DNA from: Strigamia acuminata
Taxonomy: Eukaryota
Reading direction: 5' to 3'
Length of the DNA: 64,000 bases
NCBI GenBank assembly: GCA_949358305.1
Contig: OX442314.1
Coordinates: forward strand, 33,542,001 to 33,606,000
In this document: positions 12,377 to 25,800 of the stretch, in pieces
How the letters are laid out: each line of letters starts with the position of its first letter
Position numbering within the stretch: position 1 is the stretch's first letter
Program-made: the position numbers and the translations under genes
The notes under the pieces: generated by a model
Seen by the model: the letters and a program-made list of their open reading frames with translations, nothing else
What the model was told of the DNA's origin: nothing
Databases searched by the model: none

Positions 12377-12987
12377 AATGAAATGTGGAAAAATGGTTTT
12401 AATTACTCAAAAAATTGCTATTCTTCCAATTGGATTGTAATTTTAGTTGAAATTAGTTACATTATTTTTAAATGCTAATTGTTGCTGATGTTTTTTGTTA
12501 AGATAAGTTTCCAAAACATGTCTTTAATTTATTGAACATCTGCTGACTAAAACAATTTTTTATTTAACAAATTTGAAATCGCCACGGTTTTCTGTTACCG
12601 GGAATGCTCGCCAGGGTTAGAATTGTTTCGCCATCTGCTGTCGGGTTTTTTAACTTGGGTTTGTCGGTAACCGTTTAGCATTTTTATTTTATTCTGAATT
12701 TGTGTTCCAGCATTCTCGTTTGGTTTTCCTTTTAGTTTCACTGAAAATGTTTTATTCCCTAATTAATTGACACAATCATCATTTGATCATGTCGTGGCGT
12801 TTAAAATCTCCAGCATCGACGATTGGTTCATATTTTTTGTAATCACTATCATGCATTTTTTTAAAAAACATGCACGATACCCTTCGTTTATTCATTCTAG
12901 GCTTAACATTATGCTTAACTAAAATACAATTTATACAGTTAGATATTTTGCCACTAGATAACTTCTCACACTCTGTACTCTCTGTCT

Positions 12988-14524
12988 CAACCAGGATGTA
13001 GAAGCTCGTGTAGAAGAGAAGGATGGGAAAATGAAAACGAGGCTCAGTTTCTTATGACGTCATACTTCCGCACAAAACTAACACTAGATGTCGCAATTTT
13101 GCATACTATTTCTCCAGCAACATGAATAAGAGTAGCATGGTCTTTAGGAGGAATCTAAAGACCATGGGAATAGTATTACCCAAAGATCTAAAATAGACAA
13201 TTTGATTCATTTTCACGTTTTTTATGACAAAACCTATGTCAAACAGTAAGCATATTTAATGTTACATATTCTAAAATTAAATTAATCTACTCCTATTTAA
13301 GTTTTCATACATCTTTTATAATTTCAGCTGACCAAGCCTTGAGCTTATTTAGGGCCATGAAGAAATTGCAAGAATTCACCTGTGATGGTGCTAACATTAT
13401 TACTATATTTAATGTGTGTGGAAATGCAAAGAGTCTGCATGGCAGCCATTCCTAATCAGACCGCCTGTCACACGTAGTCGGTATTGCTGTTTCTGCCACC
13501 CTGTCGTAATGTTCACGAAGAACGTATGACGGAAGTGATCAGCGCACAGTATGTATGTCAATGTTTGCTTGAAAGTTTATTTTATTTTTATTTATTGAAT
13601 ATATTTTTTCTAAAAACAATGTTAAAATCAATAATAATGATAGCACTGAAAAATTTACAACTGATGACAATATTTCTGCTATCAGATATATTGCAGGTTT
13701 TGTTTTTCATGGAATTAATCGTAGATTTAAAAGCAAAATTGATTGCAATACATTTTTTAACACATTTGTAACTGCAGGTCCTCAGGATACAGAAGACTAG
13801 ATATGCAAAATTGATCGAGTTGGTCTGACAAGAGTCAGTCTTAATAAGTGACAAATTGTCAATCAAAAATTACAACTTTAAACGTGTTCAGTCAGTTAGC
13901 TTAAAATCTCAACAACAAAATTGCAAGCCAAAACAGCAAATAAAGGCAATGAAAAGAAAATATACAATGTAAACAAACCTTTAAGAAAATCCTTACAAGG
14001 CTGTGATTTTTCTCAAGTATCAAAATTTTATTTATGATATTTGTGACATTTGTGATATTTGTTTGTATTTATGAATTGTGATTCTTAAAAACTGTAATTT
14101 TAATTTTTTTTAATGTTTTTTAACTGCTGTAATTTTTCTCAGGTATCATAATTTTATAAAAAAAATTTGTGATATTTTTTTGTAACAAGAATTTCAATTT
14201 TTTAACTTTTCTGAGATTAACTTCTGCTGTTTTGAACCGTGCTATTTCATTCTGCTGTGATTCCTACCAACAAAAAATTATGATCACGATCAACTTACAT
14301 AATATTTTAATACACACCTATAATAAAACTATACATTAAAATTTTTATTAATTTTTATGGCATAATATTTCTGTACTTACAGACCAACAATGATAGTTGA
14401 GATCATCCATTATGACATCCACATGCAAAAAGCATTGGCGAAAAGCTGCTGCCGCCTAGTGGGAGAAATCACGGTTGTTTCAAGGCCATGACCTGTCTTC
14501 CCATCCTTCTCTTCTACATCCTTG
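12988..14524 (+). mobile_element. Defective P-element/THAP9-superfamily-like DNA transposon
   Basis: The right end reverse-complements to CAAGGATGTAGAAGAGAAGGATGGGAA, which matches the left end with two small insertions. 8-bp flanks CTCTGTCT (12980-87) / CTCCGTCT (14525-32). Internal relic ISAIRYIAGFVF...KIDC at ~13675-13750 resembles the YIAG(F/Y)V motif of P-type transposases. Confidence 0.65.
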
Positions 14525-17500
14525 CTCCGTCTCACACGCCTTGTAAAGCTGCAAGATGGCAGCCTCCAGCAACAAATCCTTCTTTTATTTCTATTACCAA
14601 TGTAAGTAATAAATGCATTATTTTTTGTTATAAAACCTTAGTATTTGTAGGACCAACACAGCATACAATACAAGCGAAGCTAGCACTTTCCCGCGTATAA
14701 ACAGCCCGCCATAAGTTCGCAAACTCAACGTCAATCCTCAGCTCTATTGTTTCCATAAATCACCACATTGTCGCCCTGCCAACGCGTATTACTTAATATT
14801 CACGCGCTAAACAATCACAACGAGCCTCCACACCAATTCTTTTGGGCGCAGCAACATGTTCAAAATAATGTTGTATTTATCCGGAGTTACGGGAATCGAT
14901 AAAATTAAGGCATAATTGAAATTCCCACATCGGTTATCTCGACATCCGCTCGATATAATTCGCGCTGACACTTGGGCCCCGGGTTGCCGTGGCAACCGCG
15001 ATGACGGCAGTTTCGCATTTCATTCGGTATCTCTTAAAACTTTAGTTTTATTCTCTCCTTATCGATTCGAAGGGGTTGCAAACCGGAAACATCTTTATCT
15101 CTATTTAAAAAAAAAATAATAATAATAAAAAAAAAAAATAATAATAATAAATATAAAAAAAAAATATATATATATAAAGTATATATATACACACACACAA
15201 TATCTATGATAGAGAATCTCCCGAGAGACCGGCGCATAATGGCCAATCGGGGATAATTGAAAATGACAAAGAAGCGTGAGCAAAGGACATCATTACGGCA
15301 ACTCGACACCGAGCTCAAGGTCCCCTCCTCCCCCGAATAAAAGGAAAAATCAAACGCCTCTTCTCCTCTCCTCCACCAAGCTATATATTATTATTATTAA
15401 TATTATATCATTATTATTATTGTGTGCGCGTCTTAGGACACAAGGCGCGCGTTGTTGGCGTTGACCTCGCCATTTCACGGGAGACTGGAGCCATTGTGGG
15501 GCTTCGGAGCGCACGTGGCACGTCGAAGGTATCCGTTTTGCGAGGGGGTGGAACCCGACTCATTAGTTGGCTGTTTTTCCTAACGATTTAATGTTTGCGG
15601 GAGCGTCCTCTGCAGTCGCGGGGCCAAAGTGGGCGCTTGATTGATGAGAATGTTTGAAAAAAAGTCGCCCCTTCCTTCCCCCCCGACCATTATTTAAGAC
15701 GCCGCATCCGAAACGCGGATGAAATTGCATTAAGGAGCGCGGAGTATTCACTCATTGGAACCGACGTGTTGGTCGGTTCGCTCGGCGAGTCTGGCGCCAG
15801 CAGCAACGAGTGTTGCGCCCGATCGAATTGAAATGTGTGCATTTGTGCGCTTTTTTCTCGGCTTTTTCTTTAAGTTTTCGTTCGTTTTTTTCCTTTCTTT
15901 TTCTTTGTTTTCCAGATTAGGAGGAGCCATCGGCGACGGCGTCGCGATGAAGCAAGTTGCGCTCGTTTAATTAGTCTCCGTGGTAACGACGGATGGACGG
16001 CCGGTTGGTTGGTTACCTGGGGGGAGGGAAGCGTATAACGATCGGAGTTGCGAGGGATCGGATTACGGCACTCGATCGGTCGAGTTATCGACTAAAAGTC
16101 GGTTCGCTCGTTATTTCGTTTTTAATTTGTGCGCGCGCCTCTTTTTAATTTAACGGGGGTTCTTGTCGAGCTTCGAGGACCTTTTTATTAAACATTTCCC
16201 TCGTCGGACACACTTCAATTTTCTCGTTATTTTCCACCAAATTTACAACACGACATTTTTGCCAGTTTTTGTGCACTTTTGGGCACTTTTGGTTTTTGTC
16301 GATTTTCGTCCAATTTCGACTCTTTATTTTTATATTTTATTGCGTTAGTTTGTGGTAGTTGTCGATGATTATCGAGTCGTTTTTATTTATTCGTTATTCT
16401 AGCGGGGTTGCGTGGGCGTTTCGAGTGGGGTGCGGGGGGTGGGAGAGATGTGCAGCCTTCATTTGTTGGAAATGCGAAATCGGATCCTCCCGAACGCGCG
16501 GAAGGGGACGGGGAGGGTGGGGCGGGGGAAGGGAAGGGAAAGGAAGGGAAGGGAAGGGAAAGAGTGGAACGCCGCGTCCCGCCTTTTGCAGTAATTGGTA
16601 TCGATCCGTTTAAAGCGGAACGACGAGTCAGCGAGCTTTGTTTCCGGTCATCCGAACGAACAAACACCTTTTTTTCCGCAAAAAAATTTTCCTCGTTTTC
16701 TGCACCCGCTGATGCTGCGCACCGCGACATTTCGGATCGCAACGATTCGCGGCATTGTATATACACACGACGATTACGATCGTTCTGCGCAGACGATTCG
16801 TAATCGTCGTCTCTCGTTACCCCGTATCAATGTTTTTGAGGATGATGTAAAAGATTGGGTCTGAAATCATCGTTCTTGCACGCTTACTAGACCACGAAGT
16901 AATTTAATATAAGTGAAAGTAGGCTTTAGCCTTATTTCGGTCGTTTGTCCGTTTAATTTTTGCGGGGATCGGTTGGGTTGTGGTTAAAAGTTCCAGCTAA
17001 CGATTTAATAGATTTTTAAAAAATATAATTTTCAGCTGCATTCAAAATGTCGTGTTTTGAGTGTTCGAAGCGATCGGTTTTTGTTTTGCGGTTTGAAAAA
17101 CGTGGAAAGAAAGGCGCAAACAATTTGTGTATGTTTTTTCGACAAATTGTGGAAAAGTACAGACGGTGAAATTTCTTAGAACGGTTATATTTTTTTGATC
17201 GAGAGTTTTAGTTTTGAGATAGCATGTTCTCGCGGTTGTCGAGAAAAGAATTTGGTCAGGAAAAATTTTGAATAAAGAGATATTTTTTTGGAGTTTTTTT
17301 TAATTTGAAAGGACTTTGAGAACGGCTCCCTTTTCAGGATATACATTAATTGAAGTTTTCACAATATTTTCAAGAAAAATAAATGCATTTGAGGCGTAAA
17401 ACTGCTTTTTTAATGGAAATAAATCATTTAGAGGTGAAAATAATTGAATTTTTATGGGATTTAGATCATTTTAGATCTGAAGAAATTACATTTTTACACT

Positions 17501-17559
17501 AAACAATGTTTTTTCCTGAGAAAAAAACATTTTCATGCGAAAAAAAAGCGTTTTTATGC

Positions 17560-18290
17560 GGAAAAAAAACATTTTTACGTGAAATGAAACTATTTTTAGA
17601 CAAAATACATGCATTTTTAGACAAAAAAAATGCATTTATAGGCAAAACAAAAGCATTTTTAGAAAAAAAACATGCATTTTTAGAAAAAAAAATGCATTTT
17701 TAGAAAAAAAAATGCATTTTTAGAAAAAAAAATGCATTTTTAGATAAAAACATGTATTTTTAGACAAAAAACATGCATTTTTAAACAAAAAACATGTTTT
17801 TTTAGGAAAAACATGCATTTTTAGGAGAAACATGCATTTTTAAGAGAAACATGCATTTTTAGGAGAAACATGCATTTTTAGGAGAAACATGCATTTTTAG
17901 GAGAAACATGCATTTTTAGACTAAAAACATACATTTTTTTACTAAAAACATACATTTTTTTACTAAAAACATACATTTTTAGACTAAAAACATACATTTT
18001 TAGACTAAAAACATACATTTTTAGACTAAAAACATACATTTTTAGAATAAAAACATACATTTTTAGAATAAAAAGATACATTTTTAGACTAAAAACATAC
18101 ATTTTCAGACTAAAAACATACATTTTCAGACTATAAACATGCATTTTTAGGAAAAACATGTATTTTTAGACAAAAAACACACATTCTTAGACTAAAAACA
18201 CATTTTTAGACCAAAAACATACATTTTTAGACTAAAAACATACATTTTTAGACAAAAAACATGCATTTTTATCTGAATAAATGCATTTTA
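17560..18290. repeat. 20-22-bp minisatellite (TTTTTAGACTAAAAACATACA-like)
   Basis: About 30 imperfect tandem units. Explains the ORFs at 17506 and 17878. Confidence 0.95.
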
Positions 18291-19829
18291 CCAGGGGGCC
18301 TGAGGCATTAGCCCCCTTGCCTTCCCCCTTAATCCAGTCCTGTATTTGTAGTTATCAAGTTATTTATAATTTTAGACAATTTTTCGAGTTTTCATTGCTT
18401 AATAGTGTTCACTTAACTTAAGCATACACGAGGTTGAAAGTTTTGCATTCACAAGAGTGTATTCAGCTGCAAAAGTGTAAAAAACTAGGCAATTGAACGT
18501 GATACTCGATCGTGCGGGCGATTTCTTTGCTTCTATCGCGATCATCCGGTTATACACACACCACGTTTTATTAAATTTAAGAAAGAAACGGAAGAAAGGT
18601 CCGGGGAATAATGCTTCCCAACTATTCTTGCACGCTTCCGAGGTTTTACGCAAGAAAATGGCCGTTCCGTGACAGAGAAGACGTGATTCACAACTGAATC
18701 TCTCTGTGGTAAAGTTATTGCACCAACAACAACACCATAACCCGAAACTGAGATTCCACTTCTTTCTTCTCGTAAACGTTGTGTAAACATTTTTCTCGAA
18801 TGATTCAACGCAGGCGCGTATCCAGAAAACGTTGAAAGTCGCAGAAATTATTTTGCCCAATTTCTGTCCTCAGTTCGAGCAGTTTATCGCCCAAAAATGC
18901 ATCTTTTATTATTCTTTCACCAAAGGAAAGTTGCCAAAAACAAATTCTCAAGGATATCAATCAAACAACTTCAGTTTTCTAGTTTTCTACACTAAATTTT
19001 GTGTCTGATAAAATAAAATTTAAAAAAATCTTTCTCCTCGTCAATTTTTGATTTGATTTAATTGTGCACTCCAACGGAGTAAGAAATACAGAGGAAGTTT
19101 GCGCAAGTTATTGAGTTTAAAGTTGTAAATAAATGCGTATACGAACCTTGAAAGACGGTCTGGCGAGTCTGGTTCGAGCTCGACCTGCGAAATGAAGCGC
19201 GAACGGTTTGTGTGTGTGGTTAGTGGTGAGGACTTTGAGGAGGGTTAGGCCCTAAGCCCATTGTCGACCGCTTGTTGACTGCAGCCGCGAGTAATTACTC
19301 AGGTGGGCGGATTATTGCGGTGCGGTCGACGTGACCCCCCTACTCCTCCCTTCCCTTCCCTTCCCACCCGACAGGGGTGCGCTTTTGGGCTGGGTTCGAT
19401 TCTTTTTTAATTCCATCGCCAAAAAAGTGCGAGCAAAGCACGAGAGAAAAAGTCGGGCAAGAAGAAAGAGGACGAACGACACGAAGGCGGTTTGCACGAT
19501 GACGCCGCGCGTTGGCGGCGGTGGCCCCGCCCCTCGCGCGGCGATTGGACGGGTTTTTGCGCGCGGGCGTCGGGCGAGGTGGGAGCGCGCGGCGACGCTG
19601 AGTGGCACACGAAGCGCGCACGAGCTCGGGCGATGCAGCAGCAGCAGCAGCAGCAGCTCGCAGAGTGCGTTCGCGGGACCCATTCGGCGGCGGCGATGCG
19701 TCGGTCGACCAAAGTGGGTGTGGCGTGATCGGACCAATCGGCGGCAAGCGGACGGCAAGCGGGCGGCAAGCGGGCGGCGCTGCAGCGATGCAGACCGCGC
19801 TGGACGTCGCCACACCGAGCGGTCTGGCC

Positions 19830-22800
19830 ATGTTATACAATTATAAACCGCTCTTTTATTACCACCACCATCAGGTAAGAGTTTCTCCTTATCCGGGCGA
19901 ATATCGCGGCCGGTCGCGCGTAAAATTGATATTTGATATCGATAACCCTCCCGCCCCCCCTTTTGTTCGGAATTTCGCGTTTCGATGATTGAATAAGTGC
20001 TCGATTTGCTCGGTGGTTTATTTGCTCGCCGACGGGGTGCTGGTGCGCACGTTTATTTGTCTACGCGCGATCTGTTTTGTTTCAACGTTCTGCGTTGTAA
20101 ACACGAAAATAATCGCATTTAGTCGTCCTTCTTCCTTCGTTTTGGAACGTTTTGAGGTTGAACTTTGTTTTTCCGTCGTTCGTTTCACGTTTTCTTCACC
20201 TTTCCACCTTTTCCTCCTTCTTCTTTATCCCTGGCTGCTCCGGAGGGGGTTGTCTCGCTCTCCGTCTCCTCCTTGTCTCTCTTTCTCTCCCTCGTCTTAT
20301 CCCCCTCGCCGTTTCCAGAGAGATCGTTTACGAGCGAGTAATTTCCATTTTGATAAAAAAAAAAAAGTTTTTTAGAAAAAAAAAAATATGGCGGAACGTA
20401 TAAAAAATGGCGAGTCATCGATCGATCGATCGTGGTTGGGAGGTTGAGGCAATTCGGGGGTCAGTTATGTGCAGCGTGTGCACCCTTCGCGACAAGAATC
20501 GGAGATTGAATAGTTTAGGTGACTTTTTGTCAAGATGAATCGGTAATTTGTACGGTGGTAAATGCGAGGGGAGTGAGCGCGATTAGCACGGGTGCGCGGT
20601 CGCCCGTGGAGCTCGCGCCGGAGGGGGTCCGCGAGGAGAAAGACGCGGGGAACGAGGGGGGTTCCGATAGGGGCGGTCGCGGCTCCGCGATTTTCAATGC
20701 CGTCCCACAATGCCCTCTTTGGCCGCGATTAGAATCCACGTGCACGTCCTTGTCGCGCTGGTGGTGCGCGGCGCACGCTCCGGCTCCGAGGTAAGTGTGA
20801 CGAGAGTCGCGAGACAGAGAGAAGAGACAGACGCGTGATTAATGCGTTTCGGGTCGTCCGCACGCGCCGCTCCCGTGTTTATACGAGACGCGGACGCGGT
20901 TAGTGCGTTTCGGCGCTAATGATGACGATGATTTGTGCGGGTCGGGCGGAGAGGTGAAAGGAAGGGAAAGGAGGCCGGCCGGCCACATTGTTGTGTGTGG
21001 GGTGAGCGTTTTCAATGGGGAGTTGGAGTTGGGCCGGGTCCGCCTTTTGTTCGCCGCGATGCGCTTTTGCTTTTGCTTCGCGACGCAGGGAATTCGTCTT
21101 TGTTCGTGGGACGAGAGGTCGTGTACGTACTCGTGTTTTGTGCACTTTAGAGCGAGTGGTCGGTCCACCGTTCGTTCGTGAATTCGTCCTTCGTCCTTCG
21201 TATAATCGAGGTAGGAATTTTTGCTCTTTCTCTTCGTTTCCGTTTTTGGTTCACGGCGTGTGTGTTCGTTTCTTTTGCTCGGTAAAATTAGATTTTTCGA
21301 GCTTTTACGAGTTCTTTTGAAAGGACGTTTCGAGAGAGAGAAATGTCGCTTTTTTATTTGCCGAGAAAGAGATGGAAATAGTTTTTATGGTGGGAGACGA
21401 GATTTGATTCTTTGCGCGCGCAGAAGGGAAAAGAGAGACAGACACCTTTTTCAATCGACTCGGTGATTTAGTGCGAAAAGTAAGCCTTTGTTTTCCGTTT
21501 TTCCCTTGTTTAAAGTGAAATTTCGGTTTAATGGCAACTCGTCTTATGCTTAAAAATCACAATTTTTAAAACCTTTTTTCCAAATTATCTAAAAAAAAAA
21601 AAAAACTTTTGATTTTTTCGTCAATTAATTTTGATTTTTTTTCAATTAGTAGCCAGGATGCGCATTGCGTCATTTTTTTTTTTTCCTTTTTAAATCCAAT
21701 CACAACGACAAACGATATTTCGTTATCGTGTGCGCAATCGCGCACGCACGCGCGATATTTCATTCCAAAACAACGACACACAAAAAAAAAAAAAAAAAAA
21801 AAAACAAAGGGCCCGCGACCCGGCGGGGCCTCCTCAAACCAAACCCTCTAAACTTTTCAAATCGTTTTCAAACGAAACGTTTCCCTCGTTTTCATCAGAC
21901 AAATGTCACTGTTTTTCCCAACACATGTTTACATCCATTTTTTCGAAGGAAATGATTAGAGTACTCGTCACTCGAGGGTGCCACCGACACCGCACGACAA
22001 CTCCTCCACACATTTCGCGCCCCCCGCGTCCGATATCTGCAAAACCCCGCAAAACAATCCGTGCAACTTATCCCCAAATTTCAAAATTTTCAAATTTAAT
22101 GTCAACCCTCGCTAGTTGTACTTTTGAGGTGTTCATTTGCGAGCGGACGACCCAGCGGGGGGGGCAAGGGGGGACGAAGGAAGGAGGGAGGGGGCAACCA
22201 AGCTTTGCTCTTTTCTTTTCCCCTCGCAGCTGCGTCTCACTCGGGGTCCGGGGTCGGGGTGGGTCGCCTCTGCACGTGGGGATGGATGTGCGCGCACCCC
22301 CGTGGCCGCGAGAGAGGAGAGCGAGCGAGAGATAGAGAACGCCGAAAAGACGAAGGAACCGGCAGCACAACGACGCATCTCCAGCGAGTCTTGTTTAAAG
22401 AGCATCTTAATTGATTGGGCAAGGGGGTCTTTACGACCGCTTGTCAATAAAACTTGCACATCTGGAAGAAAGTCTACACACCACACCGCACCACACACAC
22501 CCCTCTTGTCGAGGCGACTCACTTCAACGCGACTCACTCGGTGTTTACCTCCCTCTCTCAGTCTCTCAGTCTCTCAGCCTCGCCCTCCTTCCCTCCCCGC
22601 GTCTCTTTCCCGGCTCCTGCCTAAACCAGATAATAAATGTGGCGAGAAAAAGAAGAAACGCTTAAAAAGGCGGCGATGGGTGTCCGTGAGCTCCGTGTTC
22701 GTCGTGTTCGTCGAAACGGAGAAGCAGAAATGGGAAATTGAATTTCTAACCTCGTTTTGGAGCGATCGGCGCATGTCCCTCGAACGGGCGAACTGAACTC

Positions 22801-25800
22801 GCCCGTCGAGAGGGTGGAGCGCATTTTGCCCGGGATCTGGCGCGGGGGTGGACGGAGGTGGAGACGTCAACTCGACCACTTTTGGCGCTGTTTCGTGCGA
22901 ATGGTGGATAAGCGCGTCGAAGAGCAGGTAGGTTCGCTCGGCACTCGGCGGTCTCGGCACCTGTTGCCACGCGGCGGAGAGTGCTCGTTTTTTCCGACCT
23001 TTTCTTTCTCCGCGCACCCTTTCGCGCGTTTCGATTCGTCCCTATGGCGTTTGTGAAATGTGAAATGTGAGTCCGGCATTGTTTTTCCGTTTTGCTCAAC
23101 GAGGAGTTTGATTTCTCTCGTTGGTAAAAAAAAAAAAAAAAAAATTGATATAAAATATTATCGACTCGGCGGGTTATCGCGGTCATTCGACACTCGGGAA
23201 AAAAATGGAGAAAATGGAGGAAAAAAAATGTGCAAATTTCGCGATGTTGGACTTTGAATCGGCGAAATCGGGGGGTGAAATCCGTGAAATCCGCGAAATC
23301 CGGCCGTCGTGTCGTCCATCCGGGCGAGCGTGTTGGCAGAAACTGAAAACAAGAAAATGTCTTTTCAGGTGAAGCGAGCAAACCATGAAACCGAGGCCAA
23401 CGTTGCCGACGCACCGAACGGTTCTAGGTGAGTATATATACGAGCGACATGTGCGCGCGTCGTACCCCCCAGGGTCTCGCTCTCCTCGCTCTTTCTCGCC
23501 ACTCCCATTAAGCCATTAACAGCTTGTTGTTGACGATGTGAGAAAGTGTTTTGCCACCGCGCGAGCGTTTTCGCACGTTTAAAAAAACGTGTTTGATTTT
23601 AATTCGCAGGTGTTTAGAAAGTCGGGACAACTTGTCTAGTCCGACGAGTCAAGACAGCAACAACAGCCCGTCGCCGCCGCCGCCACATCAGCAGCAACAA
23701 CAACAACACGTTTCGGCCGCGACAGATTTGAGCAGCATCGCCGCCAATGGTGTCGTCGGGTCCATGGCCAGCCCTGGCGAATCGGTCAACTACTCCACCG
23801 ATTCGTGGGTGATGAGTAACTCGGATTCGATTACGAGTGAGTGCTTTTATTTAATTTTTAATTTTTTAATATTTTTTAATTTTTTTTAATTTTTTTAATT
23901 TTTTTAATTTTTTTAATTTTTTAATTTTTTAATTAAGTCAAAAGTGAACGGGTAAACGGGAGCGAGTCTTCCTCGTTCGCGAGCACGACGGACCCGCTGG
24001 GGTCCGCGACGTCGTCGTCGGCCCTCGACTACCAGACCACGTCGTCGTCGTCGTCGTTGTACTCGCCGCAGTACTACAACAGCTCGATGCAGGCGTACCA
24101 GCAGTCCTCGTCGTCCGCCTACGCCATGCAGGGCGCCGCGGCCGCAGCGGCAGCGGCCGCCGCCGCCAACTTCTACTCGTCGCAGTCGAATGCGAGTTCG
24201 TCGCCGTACGCGCAATCGTACGCCGCCGCCACGGGTGCGTTCCCGTCGCTCGCGTCGAGCGGCGCGCTCTACGACAACTCGTTCGCGGTGGCCGGCACGC
24301 GCGCCGCCGCCGCCCAGCAGCAACAGCAGCAGCAGAAGACGAGCGCCGCCAACTCGTACGTGAACGCGTACGGCTCGGCGTTCGCCTCGTCGCAGAACCC
24401 GTACGGCTACGGCGACAACGCGGCGCCGCAGCAGGGCCTCGACTACTCGGGCTACGGCTCGTACGGCCAGGCGGCCGGCACGTACGCGTATTACCCGCAG
24501 GGCTACGGCTCGTACGTGTCGTCGTCGTCGTCCGCTGCCGCCGCCGCCAACAACGGCTTGCCGCTCGGCTCGACGTCCGCCACTTACCAACTTTCAGAGA
24601 TCCCCGTCACGATGCCGGACAGTCCGCAGTCGCCTCAGTACTCGTCGGTGGAAAACAGTCCTTCGCCGCCGATCAAACCCGAGTCGAACAACGGCACGGT
24701 GCGACGGGGGAGTCGGCAAGGTCGCGGACGGGGCCGGCGCCAGAACAATCCGTCGCCCGATCCCGAGAACAACTTGGAGCGCGTTTTCATCTGGGATCTC
24801 GACGAGACCATCATCATTTTCCATTCGCTGCTTACGGGTTCTTACGCCACGCGCTACGGAAAGGTAATTCTTTAAAAATTAGACCCAAGTCCTTGTTTCC
24901 AAACTTTGTTTTTGTTGTCTCTCTCTCTCGTCCCCTTCGAGCGCGCATTGAGACCGTCCGAAGGTCAGCGCGGGCCAGCGACTCAACACAGACCCGTACC
25001 ACATCAACAGCTGCTTGTCTTGTCCCAAGTTTTTTAAAAATTTTTCTCTTTTTTTTTTTTCTTTTTTTTTTTTTTGCAATAAGTCACGCGAGAGGGACGA
25101 GTTTATAAATGTGGCGGCGAATTCTCGAGATGTTTGGCGCCTCCTTCTGGCGCAACTGGAAATGGAGTGGATGAATTTATCGTTTTGTTTTCGACTTAAT
25201 TCGAACGGTAATTCGACGCGCGTGGTCGAGAGGTGGCGTCGTCGCCCGGTGCGGCCCTCCGATTAACTTTGATTAATTTTTCAACTCTTTACGCACCTCC
25301 ATTTGTCATCGTTTCGATCATTTCACCACGTCCGATGATTCCATTTATTTTTTTCCCTTCCTCCTTCCCCGACTTGATGAATGAATGCGACCGCAAATAG
25401 AAAATATACTCATCAATCACTATTTTCCTCAAATTTTTTTCCTTTAAATTTAATTCCAGGACGCACCGAACACCGTTTCGTTGGGCCTTCGAATGGAGGA
25501 GATGATTTTCAACTTGGCTGACAATCAGCTGTTTTTCAACGACTTAGAGGTAAACTAAACTAAATTAAATTTAAATTTAAATTTAAATTGAATTTCCTCA
25601 AGGATTGCGACCAAGTGCACATAGACGACGTTTCGTCGGACGACAACGGGCAAGACCTGAGCAACTACAATTTCCAAACAGACGGCTTCCAGACGGCCGC
25701 GACCAACGCCAATCTGTGCTTGGCGACGGGAGTCCGCGGCGGCGTCGACTGGATGCGCAAATTGGCCTTCCGGTACCGGCGCATCAAGGAGATCTACACG

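Noticed and set aside
17506..18159. ORFs with KMYVFSL repeats
   Set aside because: Minisatellite translation.
18399..18860. 153-aa minus-strand ORF upstream of eya
   Set aside because: Non-ATG start and no recognisable motif or splice context.
19312..23414. Many overlapping Arg/Gly/Ala-rich ORFs on both strands
   Set aside because: Expected in GC-rich eya 5' UTR and intron islands; no domain signal.
23913..24590. 225-aa minus-strand ORF
   Set aside because: Antisense shadow of the GC-rich eya exon.
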